Source of the DNA: Vezdaea acicularis
Lineage: Eukaryota
Reading direction: 5' to 3'
Length of the DNA stretch: 50,661 nucleotides
Assembly (NCBI GenBank): GCA_026025075.1
Contig: JAPEUI010000113.1
Location: forward strand, 1 to 50,661
Numbering within the stretch: position 1 is the first letter of the stretch; the number at the start of each line of letters is the position of its first letter. Under the pieces are notes generated by a model. The model was not told the DNA's origin and did no database searches. It was given only the letters and a program-made list of their open reading frames with translations. The position numbers and the translations under genes are program-made. Of the stretch, positions 24,792 to 35,680 are shown piece after piece.

Positions 24792-26663
24792 ATGCTTGAG
24801 TTTCTTCTTCTACAACTGCTCGTACTTCCTCTAGTCTTGGCCGTGAGCCCGGCACCTCCGTATACTAGTGATACCAAGATTGACCCCAACTTCAAATGCT
24901 TCGGCGACATACCAGATGTCCTAGCTGGACAGCCCTTCAAGAAGTCCGACTATAGCGACCTTACAGCTCTCTGTGCTACAGCTAGTGACGGCCACCCTAC
25001 GTTAGGATGTGGTGGCTGCAGTGGTACCAGTCCCGGCACCTGCTTACGTGCTAATGCTTCGACTGAATTATTCGACTGGCAATACTGGCCAGAAGAGGGA
25101 AACGTCACAATCCCCATCAGTCTGTCGTGGCTCTGCTTGAGCCAGTGCACCTGCAACGGACAAGCACCAAATTACAACGCTACCGCAGAGCTCTCACCGC
25201 AATCAGAGCAGCTTGCCAGGTTGGTAATCCCGCCTTACGATTCTGCTGGAATCGCCGACGTCTACTGTGTTGGTCCTGTCCCAGACACCGACCCTGGCAA
25301 CGTCAACTTCCAAGCAGCCAACTACGCCGACCTCACCGCCGTCTGCGGCATCTCCGATAATACCCCCTCTGTCGGCTGCGACTGCAGCGGGCCTGGCGGC
25401 AACCTCACCTGCGATGGCTCGAAAGCCTCCTCAGGCATGTACAACAGCTTCCAGCGTCCCCCAGGCAATTCTGTGCAGCCTTTTTCCCTACCATTTCTGT
25501 GCAAGCAGCTCTGTACTTGCCCAAATCAATCACTCAGCGTTGGCATGGAGGACTGGCTCACCGTCTGGAGCGACGGCTCTAAGAACGCCACTCTCCTTAA
25601 CGACACCTCCGTCGTCGAGCTGATCCCCGCCTCTGACTTCCGTGACCTCTCCAGCATCTCTGACCAGCTCGCCGCAGACTACATAGCCGGGCCGAACGCC
25701 ACAAACGTCGACCTTATCTGGACCGCCGCCTACAACTCTTCCTACTCAAACCTCACCTCCCCTTCAGACACTGAAGACCCCGCAGCCTCCTGCGCCAACA
25801 TCACCGACCTAACCGCCTACTCAAACTGCATAGCGCACTACTACCCCAACCAGGATCCGTGCGCTGGAGCCGCCGACGCCACCTCCTGCGCCGCCGTCTA
25901 CTACAACTCCACTTGTACCCGCCCCTCCACCAACGCCTCCACCGACCCCCTCCTTGCCCCCTACCTCGCCTGCATCCAAGCGACCTTCGGCCCCTCCCCC
26001 TGCGCCGCCGCCGTAGACTACTGGAGCTGCGTCGCCAGCCCAGACGCCAACAACCTCCCTACGCCGCCCGACCCCTGCTTTAACGCAACCGACTACGTCA
26101 CCTGCACCGACTTCAACTACAACACGACCGTCTTCCTGCCCTACCGCCCTCCCACCGTGAATGCCACCGACTACTTCTTCCGCGACACCTCCGCCTTCTA
26201 CACCCCCACAAACGGCACCAGCCTCTCCTGGGACTATACGCGCAACATCTACTTCCCCGCCACCTGGAATGGCTCTTACATGGGCGCCATCAACGAAACC
26301 CTCCTCCCCAACGGCACCATCAACGCCACCCTCAACTACGAGCCCGCCCCCTGCAACTGCTCCTACGTCTCCTTCGCCTGCTTCTTCGCTACCAGCGGCC
26401 GCGTCTGGGAGCCCCCCGATCGCCAGTTTGCGAATTTGACCGTTTGCGATCAGGCCTTGAATGGCTCGGCGAATGACGTGACGGGTAGTAGTGCTGCTGG
26501 CGGCAATTCGAGTAATTCGAAGGCGGGCGGTGATGGGAGTGCGAATGGGACGGGCTCGGATCAGGGGCTTAGAGCCAGGAGGGCGAAGAGGAGTAAGGAT
26601 CTGTGGGAGGTGGAGGGGGAGGTGAGGAGGGAGATGCCGCTCGGGAGGGAGAGGAGACGTTAA
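24792..26663 (+). CDS. Secreted Cys-rich, N-glycosylation-rich repeat protein of unknown function
   Basis: 623-aa single ORF with signal peptide MLEFLLLQLLVLPLVLA, internal Cys-pattern repeats, many N-x-S/T sequons, PCNCSYVSFACF..GRVWEPP block and strong codon bias. Confidence 0.85.
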   Translation: MLEFLLLQLLVLPLVLAVSPAPPYTSDTKIDPNFKCFGDIPDVLAGQPFKKSDYSDLTALCATASDGHPTLGCGGCSGTSPGTCLRANASTELFDWQYWPEEGNVTIPISLSWLCLSQCTCNGQAPNYNATAELSPQSEQLARLVIPPYDSAGIADVYCVGPVPDTDPGNVNFQAANYADLTAVCGISDNTPSVGCDCSGPGGNLTCDGSKASSGMYNSFQRPPGNSVQPFSLPFLCKQLCTCPNQSLSVGMEDWLTVWSDGSKNATLLNDTSVVELIPASDFRDLSSISDQLAADYIAGPNATNVDLIWTAAYNSSYSNLTSPSDTEDPAASCANITDLTAYSNCIAHYYPNQDPCAGAADATSCAAVYYNSTCTRPSTNASTDPLLAPYLACIQATFGPSPCAAAVDYWSCVASPDANNLPTPPDPCFNATDYVTCTDFNYNTTVFLPYRPPTVNATDYFFRDTSAFYTPTNGTSLSWDYTRNIYFPATWNGSYMGAINETLLPNGTINATLNYEPAPCNCSYVSFACFFATSGRVWEPPDRQFANLTVCDQALNGSANDVTGSSAAGGNSSNSKAGGDGSANGTGSDQGLRARRAKRSKDLWEVEGEVRREMPLGRERRR

Positions 26664-26914
26664 GCGGTCATCTTCTTGGATGAAAAGTGGGGGGAGGTGG
26701 GTTGGATGTGGGTAAAAGTAACGGGCGTTCTTTTTGGGTTGGCTTTTATGCAATAACAGCGGAGATAGAAATATGGGAATGAAATTTGTTTGTATCGATG
26801 CACCATGTGGAGCCCGAACGCCCTTGTGCGCCTTTCCCCCGTACAGTCATTACTCGCAAAAAAATGCGCCGCCCGTATGATACAGGACCGAGAACTGTCC
26901 GCTCCACAATCTAA

Positions 26915-29517
26915 CTACCCCTGCAAACTATTCAAGACAGTCGTCATGCCCACGCTGCCCAGATCGTCCCTACGCATGATATACGGCCTCACATCATCGA
27001 GCAGCAGGGCGCTCAGCGCGCCAGTCCTCAGACGATCCTTCAACGCCTCCGGCTTGACGACGAAGATATTACCAATTTCCGGCAGCACATCGAGCGAGAG
27101 GCGGAAGGAGGCGGTGGTGGGCCAGGCGCGGAGGAGGTCGGTGTAGCGCTTGATGTCCTCCTGGACGGAGAGGGCGCCGGTGAAGTTGACCTGGAACTTC
27201 TTGAAGTGGTCGAGGAGGGTAGAGCGCACGCCGATGCCGAGCTCGGTGAGGAAGGCTTCGAGGTGCTCGCCTGTTAGTGTTTGTGAGATTTGGTTGTGGG
27301 CTTTGGTCAGGAAGGCGCAGATGGCGCTGCAGGTGGAGGTTTGGAGCGATTCGAGCCAGGCGTGCCCGCGGTCGAGGGCGCCGTCGCGGGGGCGGTAGTC
27401 GAGCTTTTTTTGGGCGGCGAGGAGCTTGCTGAGCCAGCTGAGGATGACGTCGATCGTTTTCTGGATGGCGCTGTTGATCTTTTCGTCCATGCGGTGGAGG
27501 GAGCTGTCGCGGGCTTTCTCCATCTCGCGCCGGACGGTGAGGTTCGAGGTTGCGAGGGGGACGAGGAGGGTGTTGATTGAGCGGATCATAAGCTGTTTGA
27601 TCCTTATAGCGGATCGTAGGTTGGGTAGATAGGATAGATCAGGCTCAGTCTTCGTCACTTCTTGAGAGGCAGCAAAGTCGTTGGCACTAGCGGTTGTTAG
27701 TAATATATCGTGCGAGCTTTTAGAGGGAGAGCATACGCATCAAGTGCCGTCTCGACGTAGATCTGTCCCATCTTCGATAGCAGCAGATTCAGCAGCGCTG
27801 CAACATCTTTTGGCGTCTCACCGCCACCATTGAGTTCTAGGCCTCGCCCAACTCCCTCGGCGAGCCACTTTATCATCCTCATAGAATTTGCTACGCTCAG
27901 GTTGCCGTCCTCTTCGGTAAGCTCAACATCCTGTTTCTTGCCACTGTCGGTTTCCTTTACTCTGGCAATACGCAACAGCATGGACTTCTGCTCGGGAGTA
28001 AGATCGGCTGAATCTAGCCGCTCCAAATAAGCGTCTTTTGCTGAAGCAAGCATTTCACTCCCTTGCTTCGCTAAGCTGCCCATAAACGTCGTAGGGAGCT
28101 TCTTTCGACGATCGTGGAAGATTGTGAATCGGAAGAGAATAGAGGAGTACAGCTCGTCCAAACTCTTCCTTTCTCGGTCGATGTATGATGAGCCAAGAAG
28201 ATACGGCACAAACAGATCGTCAAGTTGCTGGTCGAGAGCAAGGGCGGTTTGCGGCGATATCGGATCTGGGCGCTCGGTCAACCCATGGTCTTTCAGCTCT
28301 TCTATGAGCGTTACTATGCAACTTCTTGCCGCTTGTAGAGACCGTAAGAATGCGAGAGAAGAGACCGCGTTCGCCTTATCGAGGACCATCTCGAGGCGTT
28401 GCTGTATCGACTGCTGGAAGACACGCTGTAAGAAACGGTTGAGTACCAGCTCATAGAAAGGAAACGCTCGTTTAATGATTCCAGATTCTTCCTGAGCCAC
28501 ATCCTTGACCTCATCGATAAGGTTTTGGAGACTGGGCTCGACTCCTGGCGGCGTAGCATCTGGGTCAGCGAGGCGGGCCCAAGTCTCGCTATCACTGGCA
28601 ACTTCTTCCGTAATAAGCTGGTTCCGGTCAATGAAGAACTGATGTTGATTGACGAAAAGTCCAATAACATTTGAGCCCCCATTGAAGTCGTGTAGAACAG
28701 TCGCACATTCCCTCATGCCTTCCAGGTTCTGTCTCCGGTAAAAGTCATCAAACTGCTTAAGGAGATCTTTCTCTAAGGTCTCGAGGAATTTCTCGATCGC
28801 CTCTCTTGTATTAAAACCTCTACGATGTCCGTTGACCTCCTTTACCCCACTCTTCCTTCGTGCTCCGTTCGTCTGAGCCCAGCTTTCAGGGTCAAGTCTT
28901 TGGCTTAGTCGCATGAGTTGCCTCGCAATGACCGCGCACCGCACTTTGGCATCTCCATCGCCTTGTCTTCTCACTTCTTCGAGGGATGTAAGAACTCCCC
29001 CTTGACTGACGTCTGTCCAACATTGTACCAGAAACGCAGCATCTTTTGCCCTCCTTGCTTGTCTATCATACTCCTCGAGCTTCTCTCCAATTCGGAGAGC
29101 CGCATTTCCTCCCTTGCTACTATTGCTGTCCGTCACCGAGTTGAGATCGGTATCGAGTGATTGAAAGTTGTCAACTGTGCTATCTAGCTTTTTCCCTAAC
29201 GTCTCCAGTGTCTGCGAATGTTGTAATTCTGCTCGTCTGACGGCGGTAAGCAATTCAGTCTCGCGTGTACTTTGGTCGTCAGATAGCTCCCCCAGTCGTG
29301 AGAGGGCGTGCTCGAAGCTCCGTATAAGAGGCTTTGGGTCAAATTCGGCATCTGTGTTTGAGCGGCGACTAGAGGTTATAGCGCTCTCCGACAGAGACTC
29401 AATGAAGTCTTTGACTATGAAGTCTTTGCTAGATAAGTTCTCGAGTGTGAAGCTCGGCCCCTTTGGAAAGAGCGCCCGGGGCGCAACGCCCGGAGCTATG
29501 GAATTGTGGGCCGACAT
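26915..29517 (-). CDS. SEC10: Exocyst complex component Sec10
   Basis: SFTLENLSSKDFIVKDFIESLS, FDPKPLIRSFEHAL, FVNQHQFFI, FLQRVFQQSIQQRLE, QKKLDYRPRD, LLDHFKKFQVN; one intron at about 27688-27736 joins the two ORFs. Confidence 0.93.
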
Positions 29518-30038
29518 CTGTCCATAAGGTTGGAGAGGCACTTCAAGGTGTCACTTCATGGCTGGCTGCATGCGCCGAACGATAGTCGTGTACACTTGAG
29601 AGCTTGGAAGAATGATATGCTTGCTACCTCGGTAGTTTATCTTAAAGCTAGATATCCCAAGATGTCCAGGTTCCTTTTAGACAATACCTAGTTCACTAAT
29701 TATCTTAAACAAGTCGTCTTTTAGAATAGACATTTCACTAACCTCGTTTGCTCAAATCCACATCTTGGTTCCGTATCTCATACACTTGTCAAGATACTTG
29801 CACCGCCACGACATAATCCTGCGGCGTATGAAATGTGGCTTCTCAACTTTTCGGCAAAAGCTCTCAACCTGCGTAAAGACGGACACGCCTGGTCAACATG
29901 CATAGCCACTATTCCTCAACCGCCTGAACTACGGCTTCGTGCTCGTATACACCGCTTTCAGCACATAGACCCCAAGTCGCTCAAGCTCAGCGAGTAAAGG
30001 CACATCTGTCCCTCTAGCTGGGACACCCTCTTCCAACC

Positions 30039-31153
30039 ATGATCGCCGCGACCCGAGAAGCCGAAATTATTCGCCGGCGGCCTTTGAGCGCCCATGAGCG
30101 CGAGAAGCTGCTCTCTCAATACCTTCCACCACCCGGAGTCACATCGTCGCCAAGCCGTTCCCCTTCTCCCAGCCCTTCTAAGCTCAAAGGCACTCGCAAA
30201 CCGTCTAAGTTCTTAGCTCGCAGACGTCGGCCATCAGTGCGCGCTTTCGTCGACAATCTGCTTCACATCATCCTCTTTCACGTTATACATACCTTCTTCT
30301 CGCTCTATATCCGAATACGGCAAACGTACCATGCAATTGTCAACCGCATATTCGCAATTCTGTACTACCACCACCGAACACCCGAGCTGATACGGAAGGA
30401 TGTAAAAGGCTTGAAACGGCTACCAGGCCACCTCAGCGTGATCTTGAGCCTAGAAGGAGGAGAGGGGCAGAGAGGAGTCGAAGACCTGATGGACGAGGTA
30501 GCTGAGATCATGGCGTGGGCGAGCTGTGCTGGCATCAGCTTGGTTAGCGTGTATGAGAGGACTGGTACGCTGCGCCCTACACTCAACCCTGGGGTTTCGC
30601 ACACTCCAATCAAGCCGGGCACCTTTCAGAAACGCTAATAAACTTCTCAGGTATCCTCAAGAGCTACACCCCCACCCTCCACAGCATGACCACTAAAACG
30701 CTCTCCCTCTACTACGGCAGCGCCCTCCCGCACCTAACCATAACCGCTCCCCACACCTCCCCCTATCCATCTCCTCCTCCAAAACCCACCACCACCACGC
30801 CCTCCACCAATCCCCTAACACCACAAGTAGAACTACGCCTTCTCTCCTCTACGGATAGCACACCCACTCTTTGCGACCTGACGCGCACCCTGACCGAAAT
30901 GTCGCAGCACGGCAAGCTCTCCGCAAGCGACATAACCACCGATCTCATCAACGCCGAGATCAAGGACTCCGTATGCTCTGAGCCAGATCTGCTGATTCTC
31001 TTCGGCCCGACGGTCTGTCTGGACGGCTATCCGTGCTGGTCCGTGCGCCTGACGGAGATCTTTCATGTGCAGGATAATGAGGGAGTGGGATATCAGGTCT
31101 TCCTTCGGGCGCTGCATAGGTTCGCGAAGAGCGAGATGAGGTTTGGGAGGTGA
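30039..31153 (+). CDS. NUS1: Cis-prenyltransferase (dehydrodolichyl diphosphate synthase) subunit Nus1/NgBR
   Basis: YHHRTPELIRKDVKGLKRLPGHLSVIL, WASCAGISLVSVYERTG|ILKSY (intron 30565-30650), EPDLLILFGP..LDGYPCWSVRLTEIF, and C-terminal RFGR (RxG motif). Confidence 0.92.
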
Positions 31154-31812
31154 AGCCAGCGGGATGAGAAGGTAACGACACGGAAGACGTGTTAGAAGGG
31201 TAGGGAGAAAGGGGGGACTTGATTGTCTGATAGAGTAGCACATAGAGGGCGTTCATAGATCCATCATTCTCAAAGGTAGACGCATTGCAGGCGCGAAGTT
31301 ACCAGCATCTTCAATTGGTATAAAAAAATGACCGCACACACCTTCCCTCGTAATGGTCCGAAAGAACAAGAATCTATTCTACAAGTATAAAAACACTACA
31401 CCACAGCAACAAAGAACTTATCCAGCAACTCCAGCTGCGACCGAAATCTATGCTCGTGAAGTGGTTCCCGGCGCGCGCGATTAATATCATTAGGCTGTAG
31501 CGAGCTTAGTTGAAAGCAGAAAAGAGTCAGGTCTGCGGACGGGTTCTGACCGAAGGAGGGGGTGAATACATGGGTGAAATAAACAGGGGTATGATGTAAA
31601 GCAAACGAGCAGTAGAGAGCGATGGGGATGTTGCTCTTTAAGTATTCTCGCTCTTCTGCGAACGCCAGTAGGCTGCCCCAGCCCGAGCTGTGCAGGGTTG
31701 GGAGAACTTTCCTCCTCTTCCCGCTTTCGCGGACTTGAAATGTGTCCTCATAAACACAGAATGGACGCAACAGAGATACTCCGGATGCGTTGCCATAATA
31801 TCCTCCCACCAC

Positions 31813-33326
31813 TCATTGGCTTTCCGGCTTCTTCTCCCCTTTCAGCTTCCTCCCGACCCACTTCACTCCATCACTCAACCCGTCTTTGAATTTTTCCCAC
31901 GGCGTCCTGTTCAGGTAATTACTCAGCTCGCGGAAGTTGTACATCTCGCCCCAGCAATCCCGTCCCCACTCACACCCGGCCATGTTGACCATGAAGTCTC
32001 TGTCTTCTTTGTGATAGTGTATCCTTGGATCCATGCCCTCTTCGCTACACGCCCCATCTGGGAAACTGTTGACCTTCCGTTGCGGGACGAAGGCTGTATG
32101 AGGTCTGATCCAGGGTTGGGTTTCATACAGGTACTCGAGGGCGTCTTGCTCTTTATGTTCCCATTGCATGTGGCGCTGCTCGTACGCAACAGGGTCCCAC
32201 CAGATGTCGAGGAGACGATCAGTCCAAGTGCTGCGGCGGATGAAGAAGGAGCCGAGGTTGAATCCGGAGCAGTCTTGAGGGATGATCATGTTGATGCTTG
32301 AAGGCTGGTTATCGCCGACTGGGGACAGGGCAGCTTCATCTAGGTAGGGGCTTTTGAAGGGATGTGATATATTGAGAGGGTTATATACATTAATATCGCG
32401 GTAGGTGGTTTTGGCGAGGTTGTTGAAGAGGTGGGACTGAAGTGAATAGCTGGGCTCCATTATGAAGGTATTTAGGTCGAGCCACCAAATCCTGAAGATC
32501 GTTTAGCAAAGGAAGGCGAGGAGACAGGCTACAGGAACATTACCATTCTGCTTTCGGGTACTTGCGGAGCGTCGTACGTATGGTGTCGACCTTCTCCCAG
32601 CTCTCTCGCCACTCGTGTGCGTAGCGCTTCTTTATGCTCATGTCCACAATCTCCAGATCGTATCCCCATCTCTTTGTATATTTCCTCTTGTTTCTGATGC
32701 TGTCCCGCTCGATAGCCCATTCCCGAGGGCCTTTCCATTCCATTACGCCACCGCCCTGGTTCGCTGCTAGGATGATCACAAACTTGTTCCCGCCGCCGAG
32801 AAACCCCGCTCGCCGGTACATTCGATGTAAAGCTATGAGGGATCAGCAGTTATTACCGAAAGAAAGAAATGGTACACATACGTGTGACGTAGAAGAGAAA
32901 GATCATCAAGAGTAGTCCAAGCACAATCAGGAAACGTAACTTCATCCGCCGTATTATATTTATAGCAAGCATCCTTATCCTTCCCAGTAAGCTGGCGTTG
33001 TTTGGCGACCACCGGCCTCGACCCAGCTTCTCCTTCTCAGCGTAATCTTTCCGTCCACCTAGGCTGAACCGTGGTAGATTGTTTGATATTCGCCTGGCAT
33101 GCCTTCCGAAGAACCCATTGTTTCGAGTTTGGAATGAGGGATATCCATTGACTTCTGCACTCTTTGCTCTTGCCGATGCCCATGTTACACCACTTGTACC
33201 TCCATTCAGGTTTCCGAAATCCTTCGTCGGACTTGACCTTCCACTACCGCTTGCATATGGTGTGGTCAGACCAGGACTAGACCACCCTCCACCCGGTCGA
33301 GGCGAAGGCGATCTCGACAGAGACAT
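31813..33326 (-). CDS. MNN10: GT34 glycosyltransferase, alpha-1,6-mannosyltransferase subunit (Mnn10-like)
   Basis: MSLSRSPSPRPGGGWSSPGL N-terminus, TM helix, KFVIILAANQGGGVMEWKGPREWAIERDS, HEWRESWEKVD, WWLDLNTFIMEPSYSL, QDCSGFNLGSFFIRRS, MAGCEWGRDCW; two introns. Confidence 0.9.
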
Positions 33327-35680
33327 TGTCGGTGTGCCAGGTATGGGGTCGAGCGGTTGAGGAAATCCCGGTTCTGAGAGACCCGAGGTTGCCCCGAAGT
33401 CTTCAACCGTTGGTGAAGGTTCTTGTAGATGTACTGAAGGGGATGATGTGAACTGTCCTGAAGGCCACCGACGGCGTTGTGACGACGAAGCCGACGACAG
33501 CGAATCTTGCTGGGGTGGAGCCAGCGTGACGAGAGTGGAAGTCGGGTTTTGCTTGTGAAACTACAGCGGCAGTCTTGCTGCGCTCGTCCTCCTGTATCGT
33601 GAAGATCTCTAGCGTTCCCTTTGAGACTTTTTGGAAAGGGTGATGCTCTCGGGACGGTGAGATTTAGAAAGAGCGCGTCCCCTCGGATATCAACCACCAA
33701 CGCTGATGCTGCATGGAGATTGTACGTATTGCGAGTTTGAAGAGAGCGGATGTTGTCAAGCTGCTTAGCAGCAAAACCGACGACAGCTGTGTCCTGATGA
33801 ACCCTGGGCTCGAATTTCTGCAGCGATGATTTCGAAAAGCGTTAGCGTATAAAGGGTGGAAACAGCGCCAAGCCACGCGGTCGAAGCCGATGGCTGTGAA
33901 TAGTAAGACCCCAAGACAAGATCGAGCCAAGCTAAGGGGCACAGCCGCGATAGTTTTGGATTGAAGGACACGAGAGAACGACAGACAGCTTTTCAACAAG
34001 CAGGCAAAGGGTTGTGGATACCTCCGGCTCTATCAGGTCAGGTGTCAAGAATTTCGGCCAGGACCGTGGTGGTTTTGGAAATTGCACCAAAGCTTCACGC
34101 TTAGCGGATTTACCGCACAGGTTCAGGAGAACGCGGGCTTGGCGACTCTTCACGCAGGTTCGCATAGATAAGGCACGCCAGATTGAGATGGGAACCAAGC
34201 GTCTGTTCTACTGCTCTGCATCCGCCGGCAGCTCCCTTAACATTGACGCCGAACACCTAACCGCAAGGCGTGGGGGTTGAGAGAGTCGAATCTTACGCCA
34301 CCTCACGTGCACCCAACATATTGGTTGACTCTTTCCCACGAGCTATTCGATGTTTACCAGTCTACTTATCATACTGCTGATGATCATGAAGCCCACAGGA
34401 TCACTACCCAGCGGAGTTTTGGTTTCGCCGAGATGCATTCGCCCCTGAGGGAAGGCTCGTATTCTCTGATTCCTGTGCGCATCCTCAGATGGTACAGGAT
34501 AGACATTTTATAGTATGTGCGCACAGCTGCCCCGTATGACGCCCTCAAGGTCGCTTGATGTGATCATGTCCATTCTCTTTATGGCTGGTGATCTTGATAG
34601 TGGTCTATCGAGTGGAACCATCCATTTCCATAACGAGAGCGTTCGTCGCAACGAGCGTGGATCATTAAAAGCTTTCTGGGATCCCGTAGAAAAAGACATG
34701 TTTGGCACGATAAGCAACCCTTACTTCTCGCACGCGAGGTTCTGCTGCAGGGTTTCACGTCCGAAAAGGGAGCAGGGGGTTGATTTATCCGGGTCACCTG
34801 ACTTCAACGATGGAATGCGCGTGGGTGCCTGCGACTGCACGTTACCTCGGACTTCCCCTAGATGTCTATGAGTCCAAAATCACTTCTTTTGTAGATATGC
34901 TCGTGCCAGGGTGCCTTTCATGAAGTTTTTGCCCCGAGCGAATGGTAGGCTTCTATTCTCGGCCTCCAGGCGCCCGCTCGTTTCAGGGGTGTACCCTCTC
35001 GCCTCCGATTGGTCGATGAACGCAAACCACGAAAGACTCCGTCCCAGCGTCTCGTCTTCTTTGATGAGCGCAAAGCATAGAAGCATCCACTGGGCGCTTC
35101 CATTGCGACTATTGTCGCGCTGCTGGCCTACGTCTATCTAGCCAATGCAATGAAGTCCGGCTCCACAGACAATGGCCGCAGGCAACTGCCAGCGAATCAG
35201 GGCAAGCCCGGAGCAGGCTCATTTCCAAACACTGGCGTGCGCCGGCCGACGGTGCTCAACGTCAGCTCTCCACCATGCAGAGAAGCTTCCTTGCTTCGTA
35301 CGATCTCCATTTTCTGTTCACGAATCTGCTTGCCTCTCTTCACTTCAGCTGCTCTTCCCTCCTTGACGTAGAGACAGCTAGGCTTGCTGGTCAACCTTTC
35401 AATCGTGAATAGCCTATTGTGTTCTACGTCCATTGTTCTTACCTTTCACAAGCGTGAAAGACCAACAAACCCATTCTTTGTTGCGCCTTCGCTTTGCATC
35501 CATGGAGAGCCAACTTGCGACCAAGTCGCTGCTGCTGAACTCTTATTGACTGACTGTTGACTCATTGTCACTCCTTACTGTAACGGAGGCCAATACTACA
35601 GGAACACAAATTTGCCAGAAGGGTTCGATATTTTGTTCTCACCAGAAGGTATTAACATCCTCTCCCAGGCAGCTCTCATA

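Noticed and set aside
25821..26753. 310-aa Gly/Val-rich minus-strand ORF
   Set aside because: Antisense shadow of the C-biased codons of the secreted-protein gene; no independent motifs.
33330..35600. Short ORFs in the 2.3-kb divergent region upstream of MNN10
   Set aside because: No domain similarity or consistent exon chain found; probably promoter/UTR, although a small gene or lncRNA cannot be excluded.
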